From: Gammaproteobacteria bacterium
Lineage (GTDB): Bacteria > Pseudomonadota > Gammaproteobacteria > Steroidobacterales > Steroidobacteraceae
Assembly (NCBI GenBank): GCA_003136935.1
Contig: PLEC01000130.1
Location: 41,050-99,387, forward strand
Direction of reading: 5' to 3'
Length of the DNA: 58,338 nucleotides
A model generated the notes under the pieces. It was not told the DNA's origin. It did no database searches and worked only from the letters and a program-made list of their open reading frames with translations. This document shows, in pieces, positions 16,054 through 24,853 of the stretch. Every line of letters begins with the position of its first letter. Positions within the stretch are counted from its first letter, which is position 1. Position numbers and translations under genes: made by a program.

Positions 16054-18831
16054 TCAGTGCGCTTCGTCCCAGTTGGCCCCGGAACCCACGTCAACCCGCA
16101 GCGGAACGCGCAAGGAGGCGGCATTGGCCATGTGGGTGCGAACGGCCGCGGTGACCGCGGCGAGCCCGTCGGTGGGCACTTCGAACACCAGCTCATCGTG
16201 CACCTGCATGATGAGTCGCGCAGGCGCCTGCTCGCGCCGACACCAGGCATCCACCGTGATCATCGCGCGTTTGATGATGTCCGCCGCCGTGCCCTGCATG
16301 GGCGCGTTGATGGCACTGCGCTCCGCGTACTGACGCAGCTGCGCGTTGCCCGAGCGGATGTCGGGCAGGTAGAGGCGTCGTCCGAAGACTGTCTCGACGT
16401 AACCCATCTCGCGCGCCTGGGCGCGCGTGTTGTCCATGAAACGCTTCACGCCCGGGTAGCGCTGGAAGTAGCGCTCGACATAGGCCTGCGCCGCGCCGCG
16501 ATCGATGCCGAGGTTTCTGGCGAGTCCGAACGGCGACATGCCGTATATCAGTCCGAAGTTGATGACCTTGGCGGTGCGGCGCTGATCCGGCGTGACCGCA
16601 GTGAGTTCGACGCCAAAAACCTCCGCGGCGGTTGCCTGGTGCACGTCGCGGTCGGCGGCGAACGCCGCGCACAGGCTCTCGTCCCCGGACAGATGCGCCA
16701 TGATCCGCAGCTCGATCTGTGAGTAGTCCGCCGCCAGCAGCACGTGTCCGGGCGGGGCGATGAACGCCTGGCGGATGCGGCGCCCCTCCGGGCGGCGAAC
16801 CGGGATGTTCTGCAGGTTGGGCTCCACGGAGGACAGCCTGCCGGTGGCCGCGACCGCCTGCGCGTAATTGGTATGGATGCGCCCGCTGTGCTCGTTGACC
16901 AGCTCCGGGAGCTTGTCGGTGTAGGTGGACTTGAGCTTGGCGAGCGCGCGGTACTCCAGAACGATGCGCGGCAGCGCATAGTCTTCGGCCAGCTCCTCCA
17001 ACACATCCTCGGCCGTCGAAGGCTGACCGGTCGGGGTCTTGCGCCGCGCCGGCAGCTGCAGCCGCTCGAACAGGATCTGTTGCAGCTGCTTCGGGGACTC
17101 AATGTTGAATTCGTGGCCGGCTTCGCGGTGCGCCTGCGCCAAGAGGTCCTGCAGCTGGCGCGCGAATTCGCGGCTCTGGGCCCGCAGCCGCTCGCGGTCC
17201 ACGAGCACGCCGTGATGCTCCATGGCGAGCAGCACCGGCACCAGTGGCTGCTCACACTCCTCATAGAGCTGGCGCAGCGCCGGCACCGCGGTGAGTTGCG
17301 GCCACAGCGCCTGATGCAGACGCAGCGTGACGTCCGCTTCTTCGGCGGCGTACTCCGCGGCCTTTTCCACCGGCACCTGGTCGAATGAGATCTGCTTGGC
17401 GCCCTTGCCGGCGACCTCCTCGTAAGTGATGGTGCGTACACCGAGGTAACGCTGCGCGTCCGAGTCCATATCGTGGTTGGTCGCGACGCTGTTCCACACG
17501 TAGGACTCGAGCATGGTGTCGAAACGCATCCCGGCAAGGGCGATGCCCGCATTCAGGAGCACGTGGGCGTCGTACTTGAGGTTGTGACCCACCTTGGCGC
17601 GGCCCGCATCTTCGAGAATCGGCTGCAGCGCCGCCAGCACGCGTGCGCGGTCGAGCTGCTCCGGCGCGCCGGCATACACGTGGCGCAGCGGCACGTAGGC
17701 CGCCGTGCCCGGCACGATGCAGAACGACACGCCGACGATCTCGGCGCGCATGTACTCCAGGCTCGTGGTCTCGGTGTTGAAGGCGAAGAGCTGCGCCTCG
17801 CGCAGTGCCGTGAGCCAGCGCTCGAGGTCCTCCCAGTGGCTGATGGTTTCGTAGTGGCGCTCGATGTGCGCCGCGACGGGCAGCGCGCCCCCGGCGCCAG
17901 TGCCTGCAACGCTTGCTTCGGTGGCTGACGCGCCCGCAGGATGATTGCCGCCGGAGGCTTGGGCGGCGGAACCCGCTTCCGCGCCATCCAGCTGCCGCAG
18001 CAGACCGCGCAGCTCATAGCGCGTGTACAGCTCGCGCAAGGTCGCCGTGTCCGGCGCGCCCGGGATCAGTTGCTCCATGGACAGGGGCAACTCCAGATCG
18101 GTGCGGATGGTCGCGAGTTTGCGTGACAGCTCGAGCGTCGTGAGTCCGGCGCGCAGGTTCTCGCCCACCTTGCCCGGGACTTCCGCCACGTGGGCGATGA
18201 GGTTGTCGACGCTGGTGTATTGCTGCAGCAGCTTCGCCCCGGTCTTCGGTCCTACTTTGTCGATGCCCGGAATGTTGTCGGAGCTGTCACCGACGAGGGC
18301 CAGGTAGTCGATGATCTGCTCCGGGTAGACATCGAACTTGGCCTTCACCCCGTCGCGATCCAACATCGCGTTGTTCATGGTGTTGATGAGGGTGACCGAG
18401 CCATCGACGAGCTGCGCCATGTCCTTGTCGCCGGTGGAAATGAGCACCGTCTCACCGGCCTGTGCGGCGCGGCGCGCGAGGGTGCCGATGACATCATCCG
18501 CCTCCACGCCCGGGATACGCAGCAGCGGCAGACCCTGTGCGCTGATGATCTTCAGCAGCGGATCGATCTGCGCCCGCAGGTCATCGGGCATCGCGGGCCG
18601 GTGCGCCTTGTACTCGGTGAACAACTCATCGCGGAAGGTCTTGCCGGGTGCATCGAAGACCACGGCGATGCGGCGCGGCTGAAAATCCTTCACGAACTTC
18701 AGCAGCATGTTGAGCACGCCGAGCACCGCCCCGGTCGGCTCGCCGCGCGAGTTGGACAGGGGCGGCAGGGCATGGAACGCCCGGTAGACATAAGAAGAGC
18801 CGTCGACGAGGACCAGATCGGGCGAAGGCAT
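16054..18831 (-). CDS. polA: DNA polymerase I
   Basis: 925 aa. 5'-3' exonuclease N-terminus (LVDGSSYVYRAFHA). 3'-5' exonuclease domain. Polymerase motifs (DYSQIELRIMAH, RRTAKVINFGLIYGMS, QVHDELVFE). Confidence 0.97.
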   Translation of the reverse strand: MPSPDLVLVDGSSYVYRAFHALPPLSNSRGEPTGAVLGVLNMLLKFVKDFQPRRIAVVFDAPGKTFRDELFTEYKAHRPAMPDDLRAQIDPLLKIISAQGLPLLRIPGVEADDVIGTLARRAAQAGETVLISTGDKDMAQLVDGSVTLINTMNNAMLDRDGVKAKFDVYPEQIIDYLALVGDSSDNIPGIDKVGPKTGAKLLQQYTSVDNLIAHVAEVPGKVGENLRAGLTTLELSRKLATIRTDLELPLSMEQLIPGAPDTATLRELYTRYELRGLLRQLDGAEAGSAAQASGGNHPAGASATEASVAGTGAGGALPVAAHIERHYETISHWEDLERWLTALREAQLFAFNTETTSLEYMRAEIVGVSFCIVPGTAAYVPLRHVYAGAPEQLDRARVLAALQPILEDAGRAKVGHNLKYDAHVLLNAGIALAGMRFDTMLESYVWNSVATNHDMDSDAQRYLGVRTITYEEVAGKGAKQISFDQVPVEKAAEYAAEEADVTLRLHQALWPQLTAVPALRQLYEECEQPLVPVLLAMEHHGVLVDRERLRAQSREFARQLQDLLAQAHREAGHEFNIESPKQLQQILFERLQLPARRKTPTGQPSTAEDVLEELAEDYALPRIVLEYRALAKLKSTYTDKLPELVNEHSGRIHTNYAQAVAATGRLSSVEPNLQNIPVRRPEGRRIRQAFIAPPGHVLLAADYSQIELRIMAHLSGDESLCAAFAADRDVHQATAAEVFGVELTAVTPDQRRTAKVINFGLIYGMSPFGLARNLGIDRGAAQAYVERYFQRYPGVKRFMDNTRAQAREMGYVETVFGRRLYLPDIRSGNAQLRQYAERSAINAPMQGTAADIIKRAMITVDAWCRREQAPARLIMQVHDELVFEVPTDGLAAVTAAVRTHMANAASLRVPLRVDVGSGANWDEAH

Positions 18832-18921
18832 CGTTAGCTTGGCCGGTGAGCGGGCGGGGCGCGAGTATAGCGGACGGGTAGCCCGTCACAGTCCAACCCC
18901 GCAGGTCAACCGCAGGTCCCC

Positions 18922-20379
18922 GTGCCGCGCTATACATGCATCGCGCCAGCAAAGGCACTTGGGATGCTGCAACCGCTTAACCCCGCCATCGCCGCCAACC
19001 GTTTCGGGCTGGGTGCGCGGCCGCGCGAGCTGGCCGTCATCGGCGGTGATGGCCGCGACTGGCTGCGTGCGCAACTCACCACGGCACCCCTGCTGGCCGA
19101 CGCCGCGCTGCGTTCATCCGCGGACATCCTCGCGCAGGGTCTCGTGCTGCAGCGTCAGATCCAGGCGGCGCGGCGCAACGGCGCCCTGGCCAATGTAACC
19201 GCGAGCGACGCGGCGACCGCGGCGGAACTGCAGAAACTGCCGCAGTATCTGCGGCCTATCTACGTGAGTGAAGTGACGGCGCGCTTTGCCGAAGCGGTAT
19301 CCAGCGAGCGTCCGTTAGCGGAGCGCCTGGTGCAGTTCTGGAGCAATCACTTCGCGGTGTCGGTGGACAAGCAGTACCTCGCCGGCCTCGCCGGCAGTCT
19401 CGAGCGCGAAGCGATCCGCCCGCACGTGTTCGGCAGCTTCAACGACATGCTGCTGAGCGTAGAGACGCATCCGGCGATGCTGTTGTATCTGGATAACCAG
19501 CAGTCGGTGGGGCCGCACTCGGAAGTGGCGTTGCGGGGGCAGCGCCGCGGCGGGCTGCGCAGGATCGGCATCAACGAGAATCTCGCCCGCGAGATTCTCG
19601 AGCTGCATACCCTCGGAGTGGGCGGCGGCTATACCCAGGCCGACGTCACCACCTTCGCGCAGGTGATCACCGGCTGGTCGATCGGCGGTGCCGGCGGGCG
19701 CCCCGCGGGCGCTGAGGACGGGAAATTTGAATTCCGCGCCGACGTGCACGAGCCGGGCGCCAAGGTCGTTCTGGGTACGCGTTATCCGGACGCCGGCTTT
19801 GGACAGGGTGTCACGGTGCTGCGCGATCTCGCCCACCACCGCTCCACCGCGCACTTCATCGCCACCAAGCTCACGCGGCATTTCATTGCCGATGAGCCGC
19901 CGGCCCCGGTCGTCGAGCGACTCGCCCGTGTTTTCATGCAGACCGGCGGCGATTTACCGAGCGTGTATCGCGCGCTCATTGATTCGCGCGAGGCATGGCA
20001 GCAGCCGCTCGCGAAGTACAAGACCCCGGTCGACTACATCATCTCCGGATATCGCGGGCTCGGGCTGCCGGTGGATGCGGGCCGTGCGCCGCTCGCGCCG
20101 TTTGAGCTCCTGGGGCAAAGAACCTGGCAACCCGGGTCTCCGGCGGGCTGGCCGGACCGCAGCGCCGACTGGGACGGCGCGTCTGCGCTCATGAAGCGCA
20201 TCGAATGGGCGGACGCCGTCGGCCAGCGCCTCGGCAACCGCCGGGACGCGCAGCAACTGGCGCCGGATCTGCTCGGCGCGAACCTCACCGACACGACCAG
20301 GAGTGCCATCGCGCACGCAGCCACGGCCTCACAGGCGGTGACGCTGTTGTTGTCGGCGCCCGAGTTCATGCGCCGCTGA
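18922..20379 (+). CDS. DUF1800 family protein
   Basis: 485 aa. Motifs as remembered for DUF1800 (ANRFGLGARP…, FWSNHFAVS, NENLAREILELHTLGVGGGYTQADV). Immediately followed by its usual DUF1501 partner. An alternative start at MLQPLN (18964) is possible. Confidence 0.75.
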   Translation: MPRYTCIAPAKALGMLQPLNPAIAANRFGLGARPRELAVIGGDGRDWLRAQLTTAPLLADAALRSSADILAQGLVLQRQIQAARRNGALANVTASDAATAAELQKLPQYLRPIYVSEVTARFAEAVSSERPLAERLVQFWSNHFAVSVDKQYLAGLAGSLEREAIRPHVFGSFNDMLLSVETHPAMLLYLDNQQSVGPHSEVALRGQRRGGLRRIGINENLAREILELHTLGVGGGYTQADVTTFAQVITGWSIGGAGGRPAGAEDGKFEFRADVHEPGAKVVLGTRYPDAGFGQGVTVLRDLAHHRSTAHFIATKLTRHFIADEPPAPVVERLARVFMQTGGDLPSVYRALIDSREAWQQPLAKYKTPVDYIISGYRGLGLPVDAGRAPLAPFELLGQRTWQPGSPAGWPDRSADWDGASALMKRIEWADAVGQRLGNRRDAQQLAPDLLGANLTDTTRSAIAHAATASQAVTLLLSAPEFMRR

Positions 20380-20397
20380 AGTCTTCAGGAGAACCCC

Positions 20398-21651
20398 ATG
20401 TCACGCATGCGCCGACGCGAGTTCCTCAATCTGAGCGCCCTGGCCGCCGGCGGCGCCCTCCTGACTCCGAGACTGACTTTCGCGAATGCGACACCGGGCA
20501 AGTCACGCCTGGTCGTCGTGATTCTGCGCGGCGCACTGGATGGACTCGCCGCGGTGCCGCCGTACGCGGATCCGGACTATCCACGCCTGCGTGGCGATCT
20601 GGCGTTGCGCGCGGGCGGGGGAGCTGGCGGGGCACTGCCGCTCGACGGGTATTTCGGCCTGCACCCCGCACTTAACTTCCTGCACGATTCCTTCACGGCG
20701 CGCGAGCTGATCGTGTTTCACGCAATCGCGAGCCCTTACCGCGAGCGCTCACATTTTGACGGCCAGGACCTGCTGGAGAACGGCACGCCACGGGCCCACG
20801 CCGTGCAGACCGGCTGGCTCAATCGCGCTCTGCAGGAGATGCCGGGCAACGCTGAACGCGAGGCAGGTGTCGCGCTCGGGCAGAATGTGCCGCTGGTCAT
20901 GCGCGGATCCGCCGCGGTGACCTCGTGGTCGCCGTCGAAGCTGACCGCACTGGATGAGGACACACTGGCGCGCATTACCGACCTCTATGCCTCCGACAAG
21001 CTGCTGTCGGTACGGCTTGCGGACGCGCTGGCGGCTGATGCCATCGCCGCGGAGGATAAAAGCGCTACGGCGATGATGGGCAACGCATCGATGCAGTCGC
21101 CGGCTCAGCCGGTGCAGGCCGTCCAGGGTGGCGCGGCGCGTTATGCGGAAGTGGTACACGCGGCCGCTGGGTTCCTGCGCCAGGAGAATGGACCACAAGT
21201 GGCGGTGTTCGATACCACGGGCTGGGACACGCATGCCAACGAGGGCGCTGCGCAGGGACAGCTCGCCGGCCGCCTCGGGCAACTCGATGCCGGACTTGCG
21301 GCACTCAAGCAGCAACTCGGGCCGGTGTGGAACGACACCGCGGTGCTCCTGATCACCGAATTTGGCCGCACCGCCGCCATCAACGGTACGCGTGGCACCG
21401 ATCACGGCACGGCCACGGTCGCGTTTCTCGTCGGTGGTGCGGTCGCGGGCGGGCGCGTAATCACCCGCTGGCCGGGCCTCTCGCAGCAGGCGCTGTACCA
21501 GGGCCGGGATCTCGCCCCCACGCTCGATCTGCGCTGCGTGCTGAAGGGCCTGCTCGCGGATCAGCTGCGGGTGCCGTCACGCGCCCTCGAGAAGACGGTG
21601 TTCCCGGACAGCCAAAGCGCGCGGCCACTCGAGGGTCTGCTGCGCGGCTGA
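20398..21651 (+). CDS. DUF1501 domain protein (sulfatase-like fold), Tat-exported
   Basis: Twin-arginine signal MSRMRRREFLNLSALAAGGALL. GWDTH and EFGRT…GTDHG motifs typical of DUF1501. Confidence 0.8.
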   Translation: MSRMRRREFLNLSALAAGGALLTPRLTFANATPGKSRLVVVILRGALDGLAAVPPYADPDYPRLRGDLALRAGGGAGGALPLDGYFGLHPALNFLHDSFTARELIVFHAIASPYRERSHFDGQDLLENGTPRAHAVQTGWLNRALQEMPGNAEREAGVALGQNVPLVMRGSAAVTSWSPSKLTALDEDTLARITDLYASDKLLSVRLADALAADAIAAEDKSATAMMGNASMQSPAQPVQAVQGGAARYAEVVHAAAGFLRQENGPQVAVFDTTGWDTHANEGAAQGQLAGRLGQLDAGLAALKQQLGPVWNDTAVLLITEFGRTAAINGTRGTDHGTATVAFLVGGAVAGGRVITRWPGLSQQALYQGRDLAPTLDLRCVLKGLLADQLRVPSRALEKTVFPDSQSARPLEGLLRG

Positions 21652-21695
21652 GGGTGCGCGGCACGCGACGCGATGCAGCACCGCCGCTACTATTG

Positions 21696-21932
21696 CTACT
21701 GCGGCGGTTGGGAATTGCCGCTTTTTTCTTTGGACTTATCGGTCGGCGCGGGCGCCGGTGTTGGCGCGGGCGTCGCTGTTGGCGCAGGTGGCGTTGAAGT
21801 CGTTGACGCTGCCGGCGTGGCCACCACCGTGGCACTCTTATCGGGCAGTGTGAGCGGGCCCTTCTGCCCGCACGCCGTCAGCGCGACGGCGGTGCAGGCG
21901 GCAAGCAGGGCGGTTGAGGCAGCTCGGCGCAC
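21696..21932 (-). CDS. lptM: Small lipoprotein LptM (YifL family)
   Basis: 78 aa. Lipobox LTAC followed by the family signature CGQKGPLTLP. Pro/Thr/Ala-rich tail. Confidence 0.75.
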   Translation of the reverse strand: MRRAASTALLAACTAVALTACGQKGPLTLPDKSATVVATPAASTTSTPPAPTATPAPTPAPAPTDKSKEKSGNSQPPQ

Positions 21933-21935
21933 AGA

Positions 21936-22361
21936 TCACACGTACATGGGACGGCCGTCACGCAGCGCGAGCCAACCGCGCGCCACTCGATAGACTATCC
22001 AGATGGCGAGCGCGTAGTGGCTCACGATGAACAGCGGGAAGCCGATGAGTACCAGCATGAGCGGCAGGGACACCGCCCAGATGATGATGCTCCACAGCAC
22101 CGCGAACCAGAAGGTGCGGATCTGCCAGCGGAAGTGCGACGCGAGGAACGTGCCCCGCGTAGCCGAGCGGCGCACGTAGTTCATGATCACCGCGACGATC
22201 GACGGCAGACCCCACACGAAGCTGCCGATGATTGTGGCGAAGGTCGTGAGGCCGATGAAGACCGAGAGCGCATGCAGTGCGTAGATGATGTTGGTATAGG
22301 TGATGAGGGACGCATCAACCGGGTGTGTGTCAACCGTTATCGGCGGGTTTGGGCTGTTCAT
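21936..22361 (-). CDS. Integral membrane protein of unknown function
   Basis: 141 aa starting at MNSPNPP. Three to four TM helices (IIYALHALSVFIGL…, IVAVIMNYV, FWFAVLWSIIIWAVSLPLMLVLIGFPLFIV). The ORF-track N-terminal extension to 22595 overlaps the thioesterase gene in another frame. Confidence 0.65.
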   Translation of the reverse strand: MNSPNPPITVDTHPVDASLITYTNIIYALHALSVFIGLTTFATIIGSFVWGLPSIVAVIMNYVRRSATRGTFLASHFRWQIRTFWFAVLWSIIIWAVSLPLMLVLIGFPLFIVSHYALAIWIVYRVARGWLALRDGRPMYV

Positions 22362-22372
22362 AAACTTATCCC

Positions 22373-22813
22373 TTAAGTTGTTTTCTGGTCGCGGCGCTCG
22401 ACCACCGCAATCGTCAGGCGCGATACGCACACCAGCTTCGCGTCTTCGTCGCGCAGCTCGATGTGCCAGACATGACTGGTGCGGCCGAGGTGCCAGGGGC
22501 GCGCGGTGGCGGTGACGAGTCCCGAGGCCATGCCGCGGATATGGTTGGCATTGATTTCCTGCCCCACGGCCATGAACCGCTCGCTGTCGATGCACAGCAC
22601 CGAGCCCATGCTGCCGAGCGTCTCGGCGAGCGCCACCGAAGCACCGCCGTGCAGAAGACCAAAGGGCTGGTGGGTATGTGCATTCACCGGCATGGTGGCG
22701 CGCACGAAATCCTCGCCCACCTCGGTAATAATGATACCGAGGTAGCCGGGCATGGATTTGCTGCCGATCGCGGTCAGCTCCGCGGGCGTGGCCGCACGCT
22801 TCCAGATGCTCAT
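22373..22813 (-). CDS. PaaI-family hotdog-fold thioesterase
   Basis: 146 aa starting at MSIWK. Motif HQPFGLLHGGASVALAETLGS. C-terminal hotdog strands. Confidence 0.8.
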   Translation of the reverse strand: MSIWKRAATPAELTAIGSKSMPGYLGIIITEVGEDFVRATMPVNAHTHQPFGLLHGGASVALAETLGSMGSVLCIDSERFMAVGQEINANHIRGMASGLVTATARPWHLGRTSHVWHIELRDEDAKLVCVSRLTIAVVERRDQKTT

Positions 22814-22881
22814 CGGCGCTAGTCTAGCGGTTTGCGCAGTGGCAATCTGCCTCGCATACGACAGGAAGTGGAGTTCAGGCC

Positions 22882-23583
22882 ATGAGCCGATTCGTCTTTT
22901 CACCGCCGGCCTCGCCGGGGGTTGCCATTGCCGGCAGCAGCGAGCGCTTTCCGGTGCATCGCATCTACTGCGTCGGCCTCAACTACGCCGATCACATCCG
23001 CGAGATGGGTTCCGCACCCACCCCGCCGGTATTCTTCATGAAGCCGGCGGATGCGGTGGTCGCCAATGGCGCGGCGGTTCCCTATCCGCCGGCAACCGCC
23101 AACTTCCACTATGAAATCGAGCTGGTGGTGGCGATTGCGCGCGCCGGGCGCGACATTGCGCCGGCGCGCGCGCTCGAGCACGTGTTTGGTTACGCAGTGG
23201 GCAATGATCTCACGCGCCGCGATCTGCAGGCCGCCGCCAAGGAGCGCGGCCAGCCGTGGGATGTTGCCAAGGGATTTGATTTTTCCGCGCCGGTCGCCGC
23301 GCTGCGGCCCGCCAGCGCGGGCCATGTATCGCGCGGCCGCATCTGGCTGAAGGTGAACGGCGAGCTGCGCCAGGACTCTGACGTGAGCCATATGTTGTGG
23401 GACGTGCCGCACATCATCGCGGCGCTCTCGGGGTTTTACGAGCTCGTGCCCGGCGATCTTATTTTTTCCGGCACGCCTTCCGGTGTGGGTGCGGTGAAGC
23501 CGGGCGATGCGCTCGAGGGCGGGATCGATGGACTCGAGGTGCTGCGCAATACCATCGCGCCGCGCGCGGCTGCCGCTGTTTGA
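22882..23583 (+). CDS. Fumarylacetoacetate hydrolase family protein (fumarylpyruvate/acylpyruvate hydrolase-like)
   Basis: 233 aa. FAH-domain motifs (IYCVGLNYADHIREMG, FHYEIELVVAI, GDLIFSGTPSGVG). Confidence 0.85.
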   Translation: MSRFVFSPPASPGVAIAGSSERFPVHRIYCVGLNYADHIREMGSAPTPPVFFMKPADAVVANGAAVPYPPATANFHYEIELVVAIARAGRDIAPARALEHVFGYAVGNDLTRRDLQAAAKERGQPWDVAKGFDFSAPVAALRPASAGHVSRGRIWLKVNGELRQDSDVSHMLWDVPHIIAALSGFYELVPGDLIFSGTPSGVGAVKPGDALEGGIDGLEVLRNTIAPRAAAAV

Positions 23584-23590
23584 GGGGCCC

Positions 23591-24244
23591 ATGAGGCTTT
23601 ACGATTACTTTCGCAGCTCGGCCGCCTACCGCGTGCGCATTGCGCTGAACGTGAAGGGGATCTCCTACGAGTCGCTCGGCGTGGACCTGCGCGCGCCGGC
23701 GAGCGTGCAGCGTTCCGCGGATTTTCTGGCCGTCAACCCGGAAGGCCTCGTGCCGGTGCTGGTGGACGGCGAGCGTACTTTTACTCAGTCGCTCGCCATC
23801 ATCGAATACCTCGAGGAAACCCGCCCGCAGCCGCCGCTGCTGCCGCGTGTGCCCCGCGAACGCGCGCAGGTGCGCGCGCTGGCGCTCGCGGTGGCCTGCG
23901 ACATTCATCCGCTCAATAACCTGCGCGTGCTCAATTACCTGCGCGAGTCACTGCACGCGGACGAGGCGGCCGTAAACAGCTGGTACGCCCACTGGATCGC
24001 GCAGGGGTTCACGGCGCTGGAGGCGCAGGTGCAGAACACCAGCGGCGACGGCCGTTGCATGTTCGGCAAAGCGGTGACGCTTGCGGATGTGTGCCTCGTG
24101 CCGCAGATGGCCAACGCGCACCGCATGAAGTGCGATGTCGCGCCGTACCCGACACTGCGTGGGATCTGCACGCACCTGGAGGCGTTGCCGGCGTTTGCGA
24201 AGGCGGCGCCGCAGGCGCAGCGGAACCCGAATCAGGGCGCCTGA
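23591..24244 (+). CDS. maiA: Maleylacetoacetate/maleylpyruvate isomerase (GST zeta class)
   Basis: MRLYDYFRSSAAYRVRIALNVKGI… with the zeta-class SSxxxRVRIAL motif. GST N- and C-terminal domains. Adjacent to the FAH gene. Confidence 0.85.
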   Translation: MRLYDYFRSSAAYRVRIALNVKGISYESLGVDLRAPASVQRSADFLAVNPEGLVPVLVDGERTFTQSLAIIEYLEETRPQPPLLPRVPRERAQVRALALAVACDIHPLNNLRVLNYLRESLHADEAAVNSWYAHWIAQGFTALEAQVQNTSGDGRCMFGKAVTLADVCLVPQMANAHRMKCDVAPYPTLRGICTHLEALPAFAKAAPQAQRNPNQGA

Positions 24245-24798
24245 CGCGCGGCCCGCTGCACGAAGCTGACGTAGCCGGCGAGGAACTGCTTCAGCTGTTC
24301 TTCGATCGTGGCATCTTTCAGCGCACCGGCTTCATCGAACACGCCACCGGCGCGCGCCACCAGCAGGCGCCCGCCGAACCAGGCATGCGTGCCGAGCGTG
24401 CGCAGCACCGGCAGCCACGCGACCTGGCTCAATGTCGTGCCGAAGGCCCCCGGGGATGCGCCGATGAGGGCGAATGGCCTGCCCGCGAACACGCGCCGCG
24501 CATCCGCGGGTGGCCGAGACAGCCAGTCGATGGCGTTCTTGAATACCCCCGGAATGCCGTTGTTGTATTCAGGGGTGACCAGCAGCACCCCGTCCGCCGC
24601 GACGATCGCCTCCTTGAGCTGCGATACCGTGGCGGGAATGCCCTGCGCCTCGACGTCACCGTCATAGAGCGGAATGCCGCGGATGCTGCCGACCTCGAGT
24701 GTTGTGTCCGGCGGCATGAGTTTCGTCGCGGCACGCAGCAGCGCGGTGTTGTACGAGGCGCGGCGCAGGCTGCCGGAAATCCCGAGGATCTTTGTCAT
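24232..24798 (-). CDS. NAD(P)H-dependent FMN reductase family protein
   Basis: 188 aa. ILGISGSLRRASYN flavodoxin-like P-loop and VTPEYNNGIPGVFKNAIDWLS motif. Confidence 0.85.
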   Translation of the reverse strand: MTKILGISGSLRRASYNTALLRAATKLMPPDTTLEVGSIRGIPLYDGDVEAQGIPATVSQLKEAIVAADGVLLVTPEYNNGIPGVFKNAIDWLSRPPADARRVFAGRPFALIGASPGAFGTTLSQVAWLPVLRTLGTHAWFGGRLLVARAGGVFDEAGALKDATIEEQLKQFLAGYVSFVQRAARQAP

Positions 24799-24853
24799 GC
24801 AGTGACCTTAGGCTGGCGCGGCGCTGCCTGCAACGCCACGCACCGGACTGACA

